From assembly GCA_016184225.1 (NCBI GenBank), contig JACPDA010000004.1, positions 602,763-666,762 on the forward strand: DNA of 64,000 nt, in the 5' to 3' direction. The notes under the pieces were generated by a model. It did no database searches. It was not told the origin of the DNA and saw nothing but the letters and a program-made list of their open reading frames with translations. Positions 1 through 10,451 of the stretch are shown here, in pieces. This stretch comes from Candidatus Daviesbacteria bacterium (GTDB lineage: Bacteria > Patescibacteriota > Microgenomatia > Daviesbacterales > UBA10151). Each line of letters starts with the position of its first letter. Position 1 is the first letter of the stretch. The translations under genes were made by a program, and so were the position numbers.

Positions 1-33
1 GTGAAAGTATCCGAGCCTAAAAACGGAGAAAAA

Positions 34-972
34 ATGCAAACTCTCCGCCATGGCAAAATTACCTGGGTAGATGTTAGAGACCCCAGCCGGCGGGAAATTA
101 GCCGGTTAGCTGAGCAGTTTCCCTTCCATCCTCTGCACCTTGAAGACTGTGTTTCCAAAGGCCAGTTTCCCAAAATCGAGCAAAACGATGAGGATAAATA
201 CCTATTTTTCTTATTCCGCCTGCCGCGTTTCCACCCGCGGGAAGGCACAATCACTATCAGTCAAATTTGTTTCTTTTTAGGGCAAAATTACCTTGTTACC
301 ATCCACGAAGATACCAGCGATACAATTGCCGGTATATTTACGGATTGCAGAGAAAATGTAGAACAGTGCAAGGCGTACATCAATAGATCTTCATCCCACC
401 TTTTATATACAATAATTGAAAAACTGACAGACGACCTTTCTCCGATTTTGCAAAATATCTTACAGGAAGTGGACGAAACAGAGGATATTGTCTTTGACGA
501 TAAAGTTTCCGGGGTTTTTAAAGTAGGCCAGCTCAGGCGGAAAATTGTCAGTTTAAGGAGAATAATAGGGCCTTTAAGAATACTTCTTGAGGATATAGAA
601 GACAGGATTAATAAATTCAGCCGCAGTAATTTAACGGTTTATTTCGTGGATATCACCCACCGGATTGATAAGGCCTGGGAAACATTGGAGGAAGCCAGGG
701 AAACGGTTGACATTTATAAAGATGCCGACTTTATAGCCAGTACGGAAAAAACAAACCGGATTTTGGCTGTTCTGACTTTAATTTTTACCCTGTCAATCCC
801 CGCTACGGTTCTCGGGACATTTTATGGGATGAATGTCTTTCTCCCGGGTGGTTTAGAAGCAGGACCTTTGACTTTTTGGGGAAAATACACAACCCTAATT
901 TTGATTCTTATTGTTGCAGCCATACCTGCCCTTTTAATGGTATGGTTTTTTAGAAGAAAAGGTTGGTTTTGA
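34..972 (+). CDS. corA: CorA-family Mg2+/Co2+ transporter
   Basis: GMN signature (FYGMN) before two C-terminal TM helices; HPLHLED motif; ATG at 34 with GGAG upstream. Confidence 0.92.
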   Translation: MQTLRHGKITWVDVRDPSRREISRLAEQFPFHPLHLEDCVSKGQFPKIEQNDEDKYLFFLFRLPRFHPREGTITISQICFFLGQNYLVTIHEDTSDTIAGIFTDCRENVEQCKAYINRSSSHLLYTIIEKLTDDLSPILQNILQEVDETEDIVFDDKVSGVFKVGQLRRKIVSLRRIIGPLRILLEDIEDRINKFSRSNLTVYFVDITHRIDKAWETLEEARETVDIYKDADFIASTEKTNRILAVLTLIFTLSIPATVLGTFYGMNVFLPGGLEAGPLTFWGKYTTLILILIVAAIPALLMVWFFRRKGWF

Positions 973-1083
973 GGGTAATTTGGGGGGTTGACCAATCTTT
1001 TTTTTGGTGAGACAATAATCTTGAAATCTCTAAAACCAAACAAAGAGCAGGTTAAGAGGTTTTTTTGATGGGAGACTTCTATC

Positions 1084-1467
1084 ATGGCTAGCAACATTAA
1101 AAGATATGGGCCGTTACTTTTTTTAATCATTCATCCCGCCCTTTTGGCCTCGGTTTTTGCCCTTTGGTTTTTAAGGTTTATTAGTGAGCAACTTGCGCTC
1201 CTTTTAATTGGAGCAGTTTCCTTAGAGGCAATTTATATTGCCTCTTTTATTTGGGTGAAATTAACCCGGGCAACCCGTGGTTTAAGAGAGATGGAAAAAG
1301 AGATAGCGGATATGAAGGAAGATGCGGTGGATCTGGCCCGGGTGCAGCGGGAGCTTATTTATGCCGGTCATCAAATTAAGACCCTCCAGATGGACCTGGA
1401 TAGCTTAAAAAGGGGCAATGGTATCAAGCTATCCGGGAACGGCCACCACAGACGCGTTCATATTTAG
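1084..1467 (+). CDS. hypothetical membrane protein (2 TM + coiled coil)
   Basis: ORF with hydrophobic N-half and SLEAIY motif; GGGAG upstream. Confidence 0.65.
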   Translation: MASNIKRYGPLLFLIIHPALLASVFALWFLRFISEQLALLLIGAVSLEAIYIASFIWVKLTRATRGLREMEKEIADMKEDAVDLARVQRELIYAGHQIKTLQMDLDSLKRGNGIKLSGNGHHRRVHI

Positions 1468-1471
1468 GATT

Positions 1472-1816
1472 TTAGGTTTGAGGGGAAGGTTCCGGAGCCG
1501 GTCTTGTGGAATACCTACTGATGATAGATCGTGCTTCCTGTTCTGCTGGCGTTCCTATTAAACTCTGGTAAAGGCGTGCGACTATGGTTTGTTTTAGAAG
1601 TCTCTTATAATCTAAACTAGCTTCTTTAGTCATTGTAACTTTCTTAAATTCCTGGGTTTTCCAAAAACCTATGCGGACCATTTGTGTGGTTTCTTCTGTC
1701 CAGATTAATGGGGTGCTAATAGGTTTTTGAAGGGCGGCTTCAAGCTGGTTTAAGACGCGCTCCTGTTCTTTGGATTCTTTTCTGTTTAACATAGTGAGGT
1801 CGATTTTCTTGAACAA
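1472..1816 (-). CDS. hypothetical protein
   Basis: 114-aa ORF filling the gap; start uncertain. Confidence 0.5.
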   Translation of the reverse strand: MFKKIDLTMLNRKESKEQERVLNQLEAALQKPISTPLIWTEETTQMVRIGFWKTQEFKKVTMTKEASLDYKRLLKQTIVARLYQSLIGTPAEQEARSIISRYSTRPAPEPSPQT

Positions 1817-2013
1817 ACATTATATCAGTGGATGCAAGAGGGAATTCTCTGAATTATTCCTGTCTGACCCCGATTTAATCGGGACTGACGGTCTAAACTC
1901 AGAATTTGCTTATCTATTTGGGCTAAAAAATGCATAGTAAAGTACAATAACTTCTTTGGACTAGTTTTAACTATGAGACATTGACAAATAGTCCAATTTC
2001 TGGTTTAATATAC

Positions 2014-2787
2014 TCACTTACCCCGTATGTTTACCATACGGGGCTTTTTTATGCTTATTATTCTTAATTGCCTCGGCAATTTTCTGTCTGATTTAAATCT
2101 ATTTGAGAAATTAAGTACAAATGCTTTATCTGCTTTATATGCCATTTCTAACGAAAATCTGTTAGGAAGAAAAATAGCATGAGTTGGGATTTTAAGCATT
2201 GTGACTATTTCCAGAGGATAAATAAGATCAGCATCACCGGTCATAATTACAATCTGATTACAGTTGCCAAGGAAAATATCTTTAACAATATCAACTGATA
2301 AGTGCACATCTACGCCTTTTTCTTTTCCAGAAGTAGGTGAGCGATGACCTCGGTAAAACTCAACCCCTTTAGTATTTCTCACTTCCCGATAAAACAATGC
2401 TTCTGCAGCAATTAGCTTTTTCCTGTCCTCAGTTAATTTTGTTCTGTTTTTCTGATTCATGTAGGAGGCGTAGAAAAAGATACTATCCACTGGAACTGAC
2501 TTTTTGATTTCTTGGATAAGGAAACTAAATGAAAGATGTTTATTCGGCCCAAATAACTCATTCTGTCCTGCAAATAAATTGGTGCCATCAATATAAAGAT
2601 TAGTTTTCTTCTTGGTATTCTTGGATTTTGAATCTTTTTTCTGAATCTGATCTAAGATCATTTTATCTGTGATGTTTAAACCGTGACTTTTGGCAATTGA
2701 TAAAATGGCACCATGCATCTCGTCCTCTGAAACAGGAGTGTAACCTAATTCACTTTTGGGGTCATCAAGGTAATAATAGCTAGACAT
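2014..2787 (-). CDS. NYN/LabA (PIN-fold) domain putative ribonuclease
   Basis: YIDGTN, EKGVDV and TGDAD acidic motifs. Confidence 0.88.
   Translation of the reverse strand: MSSYYYLDDPKSELGYTPVSEDEMHGAILSIAKSHGLNITDKMILDQIQKKDSKSKNTKKKTNLYIDGTNLFAGQNELFGPNKHLSFSFLIQEIKKSVPVDSIFFYASYMNQKNRTKLTEDRKKLIAAEALFYREVRNTKGVEFYRGHRSPTSGKEKGVDVHLSVDIVKDIFLGNCNQIVIMTGDADLIYPLEIVTMLKIPTHAIFLPNRFSLEMAYKADKAFVLNFSNRFKSDRKLPRQLRIISIKKPRMVNIRGK
2021..2050 (+). terminator. intrinsic terminator-like hairpin antisense to the NYN gene 3' end
   Basis: CCCCGTATG-TTTAC-CATACGGGG followed by CTTTTTT. Confidence 0.55.
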
Positions 2788-2827
2788 GAATTTATTCTAG
2801 CACTTATCGGAAGAAAATATGTCTTCT

Positions 2828-3727
2828 TTATTTATATGATGAAAAAATCGATTTAAAGAATCTACTAAAAGGGTTATTGTCAATTTGTGTTTCTTCTTGT
2901 TTAATCCTTTCCTCCGGACTACCAGAATCTAACAGTCCTTTGTTTGGAACTTGTAATTCCACAGACTTTGATGCTGCTTCGGGATCAGTAATCCTGGTGG
3001 CACTAAGTGGAGAGGGACCGACACAAGAAATATCATCTCCTTTGCTAGTACTGCAAGCTTGAACACCAATATTGACATCATCAAAAGCGCTAATTTCTAC
3101 GGATGCTTCCTGATCTTGGGTTAATCTTAGTAATTGAGCATTTCCATTACTATTAAATTGAGAGATCTTGAATAATTTTGTACCAAAGGGTTTATTGGAT
3201 TTTATGTAAATAGTTCTTGTCAACCCACCTTCATATCGTTGATGTGTTATTTGCGGATATACATTGCCCATAGGAGGAAAGGGTATTCCAAGATCGACTA
3301 CTTTTCTAATTAAACTAATAACACTAAGGAGAAGGTTATTGTTATATGAGAGTAGAACTACTTGGGATTTATGTTCTTGTCCACCTGCTAATTGAATATC
3401 AAGTAAAACTTCTCTATTAACAGTGACGTAGGAAGTGACATTTATATACGCAATTCCATTATTATCTGTAATATTTTTTGCAGGCTCAATGGAATCTAAA
3501 GGCTGGGGATCTCCTTGAAAACTAGCATTTACAAAACATTGTTTACAAGGAACTCCTCTATCTGTATTCCCAACAATTTTTATCGTATATGTTTGTCCTG
3601 GATTCAAAGGTCCGTTTGGTTGTAATTCATACGATAATGGTTGCTGTTGTGCATATGTTTGTCCAGAACCTAGGAATAGTGCTATAAACAAAACTATCAA
3701 TACTTGATATAAATTAAGTTTTTTCAT
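2828..3727 (-). CDS. secreted protein with Ig-like/invasin-type domain
   Basis: signal peptide ending TYA-Q; TDNNGIAYINVTS Big-1-like motif; AT-rich. Confidence 0.6.
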   Translation of the reverse strand: MKKLNLYQVLIVLFIALFLGSGQTYAQQQPLSYELQPNGPLNPGQTYTIKIVGNTDRGVPCKQCFVNASFQGDPQPLDSIEPAKNITDNNGIAYINVTSYVTVNREVLLDIQLAGGQEHKSQVVLLSYNNNLLLSVISLIRKVVDLGIPFPPMGNVYPQITHQRYEGGLTRTIYIKSNKPFGTKLFKISQFNSNGNAQLLRLTQDQEASVEISAFDDVNIGVQACSTSKGDDISCVGPSPLSATRITDPEAASKSVELQVPNKGLLDSGSPEERIKQEETQIDNNPFSRFFKSIFSSYK

Positions 3728-3772
3728 ACTAGTCTAACTATATACCTACCAATTTTAACAATTGTTAACTTG

Positions 3773-3845
3773 TGATCCGGCTGGGACTCGGACCCAGAAC
3801 CAATGCCTTAAGAGGGCACTGCTCTACCAGTTGAGCTACCGGACC
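3773..3845 (-). tRNA. tRNA-Lys(CTT)
   Basis: cloverleaf GGTCCGG/CCGGATC; anticodon arm GTGCC-CTCTTAA-GGCAT. Confidence 0.93.
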
Positions 3846-3961
3846 GCTGCCTTATATTCTAACAAGTTTAGACACAGTTGTCATTTTGAGCTTAAAATGG
3901 TATGATATGCGCATCTGCTTATGGTCCCGCCACAGGCGGGATTTTTTAATGACAGAATATT

Positions 3962-5743
3962 ATGACAGACATTAGAAATGTAGCAATTATTGCCCACGTT
4001 GACCACGGCAAAACTACTTTGGTAGATGCCCTGCTCCGCCAATCCAAAACCAAGCTGGGAAAACAATTTACTGAAAGTTCTGAACTGATTATGGACTCCA
4101 ATGATTTGGAAAAAGAGCGGGGGATCACTATTTTCTCCAAAAATGCCTCAGTTAACTGGAACGGCACCAAGATTAATATTATTGATACCCCGGGCCATGC
4201 TGATTTTGGCGGGGAAGTGGAACGGGTCTTAAAAATGGCTGACGGCTGTTTGTTACTGATAGATGCCAAGGAAGGCCCGATGCCGCAAACCAGGTTTGTG
4301 TTGAAAAAAGCCCTGGAAATGGGGCACAAAGTGATTGTGGTAATAAACAAAATTGATAAACCTGATGCGAGAATAACGTATGTTATTAATAAAACTTTTG
4401 ATTTATTCATGGAGCTTGGTGCAGATGAAGAAGCTGCTTATTTCCCGACTATATATTCCTCCGGTAAGAATGGTAAAGCAGGGCTGGGTTCTGATCTTTC
4501 CAGGATGGATGATATAGCCCCTGTTTTTGATGCAATTATGGAACACATTCCCGCACCGGAAGCTTTTACAGACCAACCCTTGCAGGTTTTAATCACCAAT
4601 ACAATTTATGACAATTTTAAGGGCAGGATTGCCACCGGCCGGGTGCACAGCGGCACTATAAAAGCCGGGCAGGAAATTGCCCACATCAGCCGGGACGGAG
4701 TAGTCAAAAAGTTCAGGTTGACATCTCTCCTGGGTTTTGAAGGTTTGGAGCGGGTTGATATAAAAGAAGCCCATGCCGGAGACATTATTGCTCTTTCCGG
4801 GATCCCGGATATTACCATCGGTGAAACTATTGCCGATCCGGTTAACCCGATTGCCCTACCAGTTTTGGACATAGAAGAATCCACTGTCAGGATGCGCTTC
4901 GGGGTTAATACTTCCCCTTTTGCCGGATTGGAGGGTGAGTTTAAAACAGCCAGGCAGATCAGGGAAAGGCTCTATAAAGCAGCTGAGGCAGATGTGGCTT
5001 TAAAAGTAGAGGATGGTGCTTCCGGTGATTTGATAGTCAGCGGTAGGGGAGAGTTGCACCTGGCTATTTTAATCGAGAGGCTGCGCCGGGAAGGCTATGA
5101 ATTTGAAGTTGGGAAACCCCAGGTAATTGAGAAAACAGAAAACGGTAAGTTGATGACACCATATGAGAAAGTAGCTATTGAAGTTCCGGAAGAGTTATCC
5201 GGATCAGTAATGCAAAAAATGGGACTTAGACACGGTGAGCTTCTGGATATGCACACTGAAAATGGCATAGTGTTGTTGGAATTTTTAGTGGCCACTAAAG
5301 AGTTTTTTGGCTACAGGAGCCAGTTTGTCACTGATACTAAAGGTTTGGGTATTATCAGTAGTTCCTTTTTTGAATACAGACAAGACTCTGGCCAACGATT
5401 TGAAAGGGCCCAGGGATCCTTGGTGGTGCATGAGTCAGGTAATACAAAGTTATACGCGTTAATTGGCGCTCAAGACAGGGGAACTTTATTTGTCGGTCCG
5501 GGCCTAAATGTTTATAAGGGTCAGGTAATTGGCATGAGTTCCCGGGGAGATGATATCAGTATTAATGTTTGCAAGGAAAAACAACAAACTAATCATCGCT
5601 CAAGCGGAGAAGGTACCTCAGAACACTTTAATGCTCCCAAGATCATGAGCCTGGAAAATGCCATTGAATACATTGATGATACGGAGTTAGTTGAAGTCAC
5701 CCCCAAAAACATCAGGATCAGAAAGATTGATTTAAACCGCTAA
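3962..5743 (+). CDS. typA: translational GTPase TypA/BipA
   Basis: AHVDHGKTT, ERGITI, DTPGH, NKID and GRGELHL motifs; C-terminal ELVEVTPKNIRIRK. Confidence 0.97.
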   Translation: MTDIRNVAIIAHVDHGKTTLVDALLRQSKTKLGKQFTESSELIMDSNDLEKERGITIFSKNASVNWNGTKINIIDTPGHADFGGEVERVLKMADGCLLLIDAKEGPMPQTRFVLKKALEMGHKVIVVINKIDKPDARITYVINKTFDLFMELGADEEAAYFPTIYSSGKNGKAGLGSDLSRMDDIAPVFDAIMEHIPAPEAFTDQPLQVLITNTIYDNFKGRIATGRVHSGTIKAGQEIAHISRDGVVKKFRLTSLLGFEGLERVDIKEAHAGDIIALSGIPDITIGETIADPVNPIALPVLDIEESTVRMRFGVNTSPFAGLEGEFKTARQIRERLYKAAEADVALKVEDGASGDLIVSGRGELHLAILIERLRREGYEFEVGKPQVIEKTENGKLMTPYEKVAIEVPEELSGSVMQKMGLRHGELLDMHTENGIVLLEFLVATKEFFGYRSQFVTDTKGLGIISSSFFEYRQDSGQRFERAQGSLVVHESGNTKLYALIGAQDRGTLFVGPGLNVYKGQVIGMSSRGDDISINVCKEKQQTNHRSSGEGTSEHFNAPKIMSLENAIEYIDDTELVEVTPKNIRIRKIDLNR

Positions 5744-5748
5744 AGAAT

Positions 5749-5973
5749 TCAGTCTTTTTCTACCTCTTCTGCTACTCCTATTTCTCCCGGATGTTCTTCA
5801 TCCTGGTCTTCATATAACCCGGCCTTGTGTGCCGCATCCAGGGTATTATCATCCGATTCCGGGTCTGGCGTAGAACCGCTTATGCTTTGTTCACCGGTTT
5901 TAATATCCTCATCCAGGGCTTCACTGTGCTTCTGGTCATCAGGTATAATTTTGTGTATTTTATTCTTTGTCAT
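5749..5973 (-). CDS. small acidic hypothetical protein (DUF6335-like)
   Basis: 74-aa acidic ORF, GEQSISGSTPDPESDD. Confidence 0.55.
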   Translation of the reverse strand: MTKNKIHKIIPDDQKHSEALDEDIKTGEQSISGSTPDPESDDNTLDAAHKAGLYEDQDEEHPGEIGVAEEVEKD

Positions 5974-6097
5974 AGTTACCGCTACTGGGGTTTGCAGACA
6001 GATTATACCGGTTATACAGGGAAGAAGAAAGAGCCGTAATAAATATCACTGAAAATAAATGACTCTTAGTGTAAAAATAGATCATTAGGGAAAGGGG

Positions 6098-6322
6098 GTG
6101 AGAATTTTGCAAAATATAAAAGGAGCTATTGATCATCTTAAAACACACCAGACATACCCTGCTACCAAGGAAGACCTGGTGAAAGAGTGCAATGAACTAG
6201 CGGATTTCTCGGAAGATGATAAATCATGGTTTATGAAGACTCTTCCGGAGGGAACATATAATTCAGCAGATGATGTGATGGGAGCACTTGGGCTACATCA
6301 AGCTCAAGGTATGGCTATGTAG
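6098..6322 (+). CDS. small protein, DUF2795-like
   Basis: YPATKEDLV...LPEGTYNSADDV pattern. Confidence 0.65.
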   Translation: MRILQNIKGAIDHLKTHQTYPATKEDLVKECNELADFSEDDKSWFMKTLPEGTYNSADDVMGALGLHQAQGMAM

Positions 6323-6342
6323 AGAAGAAGCAAGGGTTCAGG

Positions 6343-6415
6343 CGCCCCTGGAAGGAATTGCACCCTCGACCCTTTCGTCCGAAGCGAAATGCTCTATCTA
6401 CTGAGCTACAGGGGC
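6343..6415 (-). tRNA. tRNA-Arg(TCG)
   Basis: GCCCCTG/CAGGGGC acceptor; TTTCG-CTTCGGA-CGAAA anticodon arm. Confidence 0.92.
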
Positions 6416-7251
6416 ATGAGAGTATATTCTATCACTTTAAGGAGTTGCAGTGCCCCATATAAACCGCTGTCTTGATAAAGTGTAGCTTTGACTATTTCCG
6501 GAGCCTGCGGGAAAATTGTCAAGTATTCTTTAAGATAGAGTTGGACTTTTTCCAAAGGGAGAGATGCGGAAACACTGCCACCTAAGATTACGATGTCCGG
6601 GGACCAGTGAACAATTGTATTATTTAACCCTATTGCCAGATATTTTGAGATTTTATCCCAGATTGCCGGATCAGTTATATCTTCACCTTTTTGGTGATAC
6701 AGCATTGGAAAATATGTACCACTTACATATGCTTCCAGATGCCCCTTGCCGCCGCAATTACAAAGATTACCGTCAGCCACAATTATTTGATGCCCGGGTT
6801 CAAACCCTAGGCTGTTTTTGTCTATTTTTTGATCGACAATTCTGACTCCGCCTACACCAGTACCTATCCCAAGATAGGCTACAATGCTTTTTCCCCTCCC
6901 TGCCCCTTTGGTGGCTTCACCTAGTCCTACTAAGGCAGTGTCATTTTCTAGATGTACCACTACATTATAAGCTTTCTTAAGTTCTGTTTTTAGAGGTTTT
7001 TCAATCCAGTTAGGGAGTTGGGCGCTTGCTACCTGCATGGATTTCTCTTTATCCAAAGGTCCGGGTACACCACCTGCTACACCGGTGATTTTTTCTCCGC
7101 CCGACAACTCATCAGCAGTTTGTTTTAATACCAGGATGCCTTGGTTAAAATCTTGTGGAGTAGGAACGATTTTAGACTTTGTGATAGTTTCTCCGTCGTC
7201 TGAAACCCCTATCCGCATATTTGTCCCGCCGATATCAAACAAAAGAAGCAT
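6406..7251 (-). CDS. ROK-family sugar kinase (glucokinase-like)
   Basis: DIGGT, ENDT, GTGVGG, EPGH and CNCGGKGHLE motifs. Confidence 0.93.
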   Translation of the reverse strand: MLLLFDIGGTNMRIGVSDDGETITKSKIVPTPQDFNQGILVLKQTADELSGGEKITGVAGGVPGPLDKEKSMQVASAQLPNWIEKPLKTELKKAYNVVVHLENDTALVGLGEATKGAGRGKSIVAYLGIGTGVGGVRIVDQKIDKNSLGFEPGHQIIVADGNLCNCGGKGHLEAYVSGTYFPMLYHQKGEDITDPAIWDKISKYLAIGLNNTIVHWSPDIVILGGSVSASLPLEKVQLYLKEYLTIFPQAPEIVKATLYQDSGLYGALQLLKVIEYTLMPL

Positions 7252-7360
7252 AATACCAGTTTACACACACTTTAGTTTTTTGTATAGTGCAGGCTTTCAC
7301 TATTTGACCCCAGGGTAGTAAAAGATGTATTATAAGCAACAATAGCTGCCTCAAGAATCA

Positions 7361-8605
7361 ATGAACAACCCCTTTAAAGTAGCACTTACCAACCTTGAGA
7401 TGGCCGGAAAAGCAGGCGGCATCAAGCAGGAAATAATCAACCTTTTATCTGTCCCCCAACGACAAATAGAAACCAATATTCCCTTAAAGCTTGATTCCGG
7501 AGAAATTAAACTGGTCAGGGGGTATCGGGTCCAATACAATAACTGGCGCGGTCCTTACAAAGGCGGATTAAGATACCACCCCGAGGTAGATTTAGATGAG
7601 GTGAAAGCTTTGGCATTTTGGATGACGATCAAGAATGCGGTGATCAATGTTCCTTTCGGAGGCGCTAAGGGGGGAATTGAAATTGATCCCAAGAAGCTGT
7701 CCCAAAAAGAGCTGGAACGGTTAACCCGAACTTTTGCCAGGAAACTGGCCCCTAATGTCGGCCCCAATGTAGATGTACCTGCCCCTGACGTAAATACCAA
7801 TTCCCAAACTATGGACTGGTTTGCCTCCGAATTCTCAAAAGTGATCGGGAAAAGCACGCCGGCTGTGGTAACGGGAAAATCAATTCCAAACGGAGGCTCG
7901 GAAGGCCGGATCGAGGCAACCGGTTTAGGCGGATTTTTTGTTCTGGAAGAGCTGGTTAAAAAACTGAAGCTAAAAACCCCCCTGAGGGTAGCTGTGCAGG
8001 GTTTTGGAAATGTCGGCTACCATATTGCCAAACTGCTTCAAGAAGCGGGATACAGGGTGGTTGCCTTATCTGATTCAAAAGGCGGCATCTATAATAAAGA
8101 CGGGCAGGGGTTTGACGTCGAGGATGTTAAAAATTATAAAGAAAAGAACGGCTCAATTTCGGAATACAGGCCTTCAAAAAATACAGTCAAAATAGCCAAT
8201 AAAGGAATGCCGCTGCTGCAGGTTGATATTTTTATCCCGGCAGCGCTGGAAAATGTCTTAACAGAAGAAAATGCGCCGCACATTAGTGCAAAGGTTATCC
8301 TGGAGATGGCTAATGGCCCGACAACTGATAAGGCCGACCAAATTCTGGATAAAAGAAAAATTTTGGTAGTACCGGATGTTTTAGCCAATGCCGGAGGAGT
8401 GACTGTCTCTTATTATGAATGGTATCAGAATATGAAAAACCAAATGTGGTCCAAAAAACAAGTTAATGCAAAACTTAAAAAAGCTATGGTCAACTCATTT
8501 GAGGAAATTTGGGAAATCTGCCGGACAAAAAAAATTTCCCTCCGGCTCGCTGCTTACATTTTGGCTTTACAAAGACTGTCCAAGGAAGCAACCCTTCTGT
8601 CCTAA
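7361..8605 (+). CDS. gdhA: Glu/Leu/Phe/Val dehydrogenase (glutamate dehydrogenase)
   Basis: GPYKGGLRYHP, GGAKGG, DVPAPD, GFGNVG and NAGGVTVSY motifs. Confidence 0.93.
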   Translation: MNNPFKVALTNLEMAGKAGGIKQEIINLLSVPQRQIETNIPLKLDSGEIKLVRGYRVQYNNWRGPYKGGLRYHPEVDLDEVKALAFWMTIKNAVINVPFGGAKGGIEIDPKKLSQKELERLTRTFARKLAPNVGPNVDVPAPDVNTNSQTMDWFASEFSKVIGKSTPAVVTGKSIPNGGSEGRIEATGLGGFFVLEELVKKLKLKTPLRVAVQGFGNVGYHIAKLLQEAGYRVVALSDSKGGIYNKDGQGFDVEDVKNYKEKNGSISEYRPSKNTVKIANKGMPLLQVDIFIPAALENVLTEENAPHISAKVILEMANGPTTDKADQILDKRKILVVPDVLANAGGVTVSYYEWYQNMKNQMWSKKQVNAKLKKAMVNSFEEIWEICRTKKISLRLAAYILALQRLSKEATLLS

Positions 8606-8610
8606 ATTCC

Positions 8611-10446
8611 ATGAAGATTGATAAATTAAGCAAATTGGCAAAATTGTTAAGGTATTATATCCTGGTGTCTTCTTCCAGAGCCGGTTCAGGGCATCCGACT
8701 TCATCCTTGTCAGCTGTAGAGTTAATGGGGACACTGCTTTTTGGGGGCTTTTTTAGGTTTGACCTGAAAAACAAAAATAACCCCCTTAATGACCGGTTAA
8801 TCTTTTCCAAAGGCCATGCCTCTCCCCTTTATTATTCCCTTTTCACGGCGGCAGGTGCCATTACCAAAGCAGAACTCATGACTCTCCGGAAATTCGGCAG
8901 CAGATTAGAAGGCCACCCGACCATGGAATTTCCTTACACAGAGGTGCCAACAGGTTCCTTAGGCCAGGGTTTGTCAGCCGGTTTAGGCATGGCTTTGGTC
9001 AGCAAATACCTGGATAAAAGTAATTTCCGGACTTTTGTGCTCTTGGGGGATTCTGAAATGGCAGAAGGGTCTGTCTGGGAAGCTATACAGATAGCTGCTT
9101 TTTACAAGCTGGATAATTTAGTGGCCATCCTGGACGTAAACAGACTGGGACAAAGCCGGGAAACCATGCTCGGCCATGATGTTTCAAGCTACAAAAAAAA
9201 GCTGGAAGCCTTTGATTGGGAAGCAATTGTTATTGACGGCAATGACCTAAAACAGGTGACGGCGGCTTTTGAGAAAGCCTTAAAAGTGAAGGGTAAGCCG
9301 GTAATGATTATTGCCAAAACCTTTAAAGGCAGTGGTATATCATTTTTGGAAAATAAGGAAAACTGGCACGGCAAAGCCCTGGGTGAAAAGGATCTGAGTC
9401 TGGCATTGGGAGAATTGGGCCCGATAAATAAAAAGCTGCGCGGAAAAATTAATTTGCCCCGAAAGGCAGCTCTGAAAAAACAACCTGTCACCTATAACCT
9501 GAAACCTGTAACCTATTCCTTGGGCGAAACCATTGCCACCAGAAAAGCTTATGGTAATGCCCTAATTAGGCTGTTTCCCAAATACCCTGATATGGTAGTC
9601 CTGGACGGGGAAACCAGCAATTCTACTTACTCGGAATTTTTTGCCAAGGCGTATCCTGAGCATTTTTTTGAGATGTTTATTGCCGAACAAAACATGACCG
9701 GGGTGGCTCTTGGCCTGGCCAGGCTGGGTAAAATTCCCTTTATTTCCACTTTTGCCGCCTTTTTTACCAGAGCATATGATCAGATCAGAATGGCCCAATA
9801 TGCTGATACCAATATCAAGTTTTGCGGATCCCATGCCGGAGTATCTATCGGTGAGGACGGTTCCTCCCAAATGGGATTGGAGGATATCGGAATGTTCCGA
9901 TCGCTTTTGGGGAGCGTGGTGTTATACCCTGCTGATGCTGTATCCTGCGAAAAGCTGACTGAGGAAGCTATCAAGCATAAAGGAGTGGTTTATTTGAGAA
10001 CCACCAGGAAAGAAACACCGACTCTTTATAAAGCCAATGAAAAATTCCCCATAGGAGGCAGCAAGGTGGTTCGCAAAAGTAAGTCAGATCAGGTGACAGT
10101 GGTAGGGGCCGGCATTACGCTGCATGAAGCCTTAAAAGCCTATGACCTACTGAAAGCTAAAGGTATCTCCATCCGGGTCATTGATTTGTATTCTGTTGCC
10201 CCACTGGATTTAAAAACTTTAAAGCAGGCTGCTAAGGAAACAATGGCTGTTATTACTGTTGAAGATCATCATGCGGCAGGGGGAATAGGGGAAGCTGTGG
10301 CAGCTGCGCTGTCAGGAACAGGAAAGCCGGTACACATTATGGCAGTTACCAAAATGCCGCATAGCGGCAAGCCGGATGAGCTGCTGGAATATGAAGGTAT
10401 CTCTGCATCAGCTATTTACTCTAAAGTAAAAAAAGTGATAGTGTAA
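8611..10446 (+). CDS. tkt: transketolase
   Basis: SGHP, SKGH, GSLGQG, GDSE ThDP motif, IAEQ, GEDGSSQ; ATG at 8611 just after the gdhA stop. Confidence 0.95.
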   Translation: MKIDKLSKLAKLLRYYILVSSSRAGSGHPTSSLSAVELMGTLLFGGFFRFDLKNKNNPLNDRLIFSKGHASPLYYSLFTAAGAITKAELMTLRKFGSRLEGHPTMEFPYTEVPTGSLGQGLSAGLGMALVSKYLDKSNFRTFVLLGDSEMAEGSVWEAIQIAAFYKLDNLVAILDVNRLGQSRETMLGHDVSSYKKKLEAFDWEAIVIDGNDLKQVTAAFEKALKVKGKPVMIIAKTFKGSGISFLENKENWHGKALGEKDLSLALGELGPINKKLRGKINLPRKAALKKQPVTYNLKPVTYSLGETIATRKAYGNALIRLFPKYPDMVVLDGETSNSTYSEFFAKAYPEHFFEMFIAEQNMTGVALGLARLGKIPFISTFAAFFTRAYDQIRMAQYADTNIKFCGSHAGVSIGEDGSSQMGLEDIGMFRSLLGSVVLYPADAVSCEKLTEEAIKHKGVVYLRTTRKETPTLYKANEKFPIGGSKVVRKSKSDQVTVVGAGITLHEALKAYDLLKAKGISIRVIDLYSVAPLDLKTLKQAAKETMAVITVEDHHAAGGIGEAVAAALSGTGKPVHIMAVTKMPHSGKPDELLEYEGISASAIYSKVKKVIV

Positions 10447-10451
10447 TTTGC

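Noticed and set aside
1472-3772. Integrated element at tRNA-Lys
   Set aside because: AT-rich cargo is present, but no duplicated tRNA 3' end or integrase was found.
8509-8610. gdhA/tkt overlap or programmed frameshift
   Set aside because: Artefact of the longest-ORF start; a good ATG lies at 8611, after the gdhA stop.
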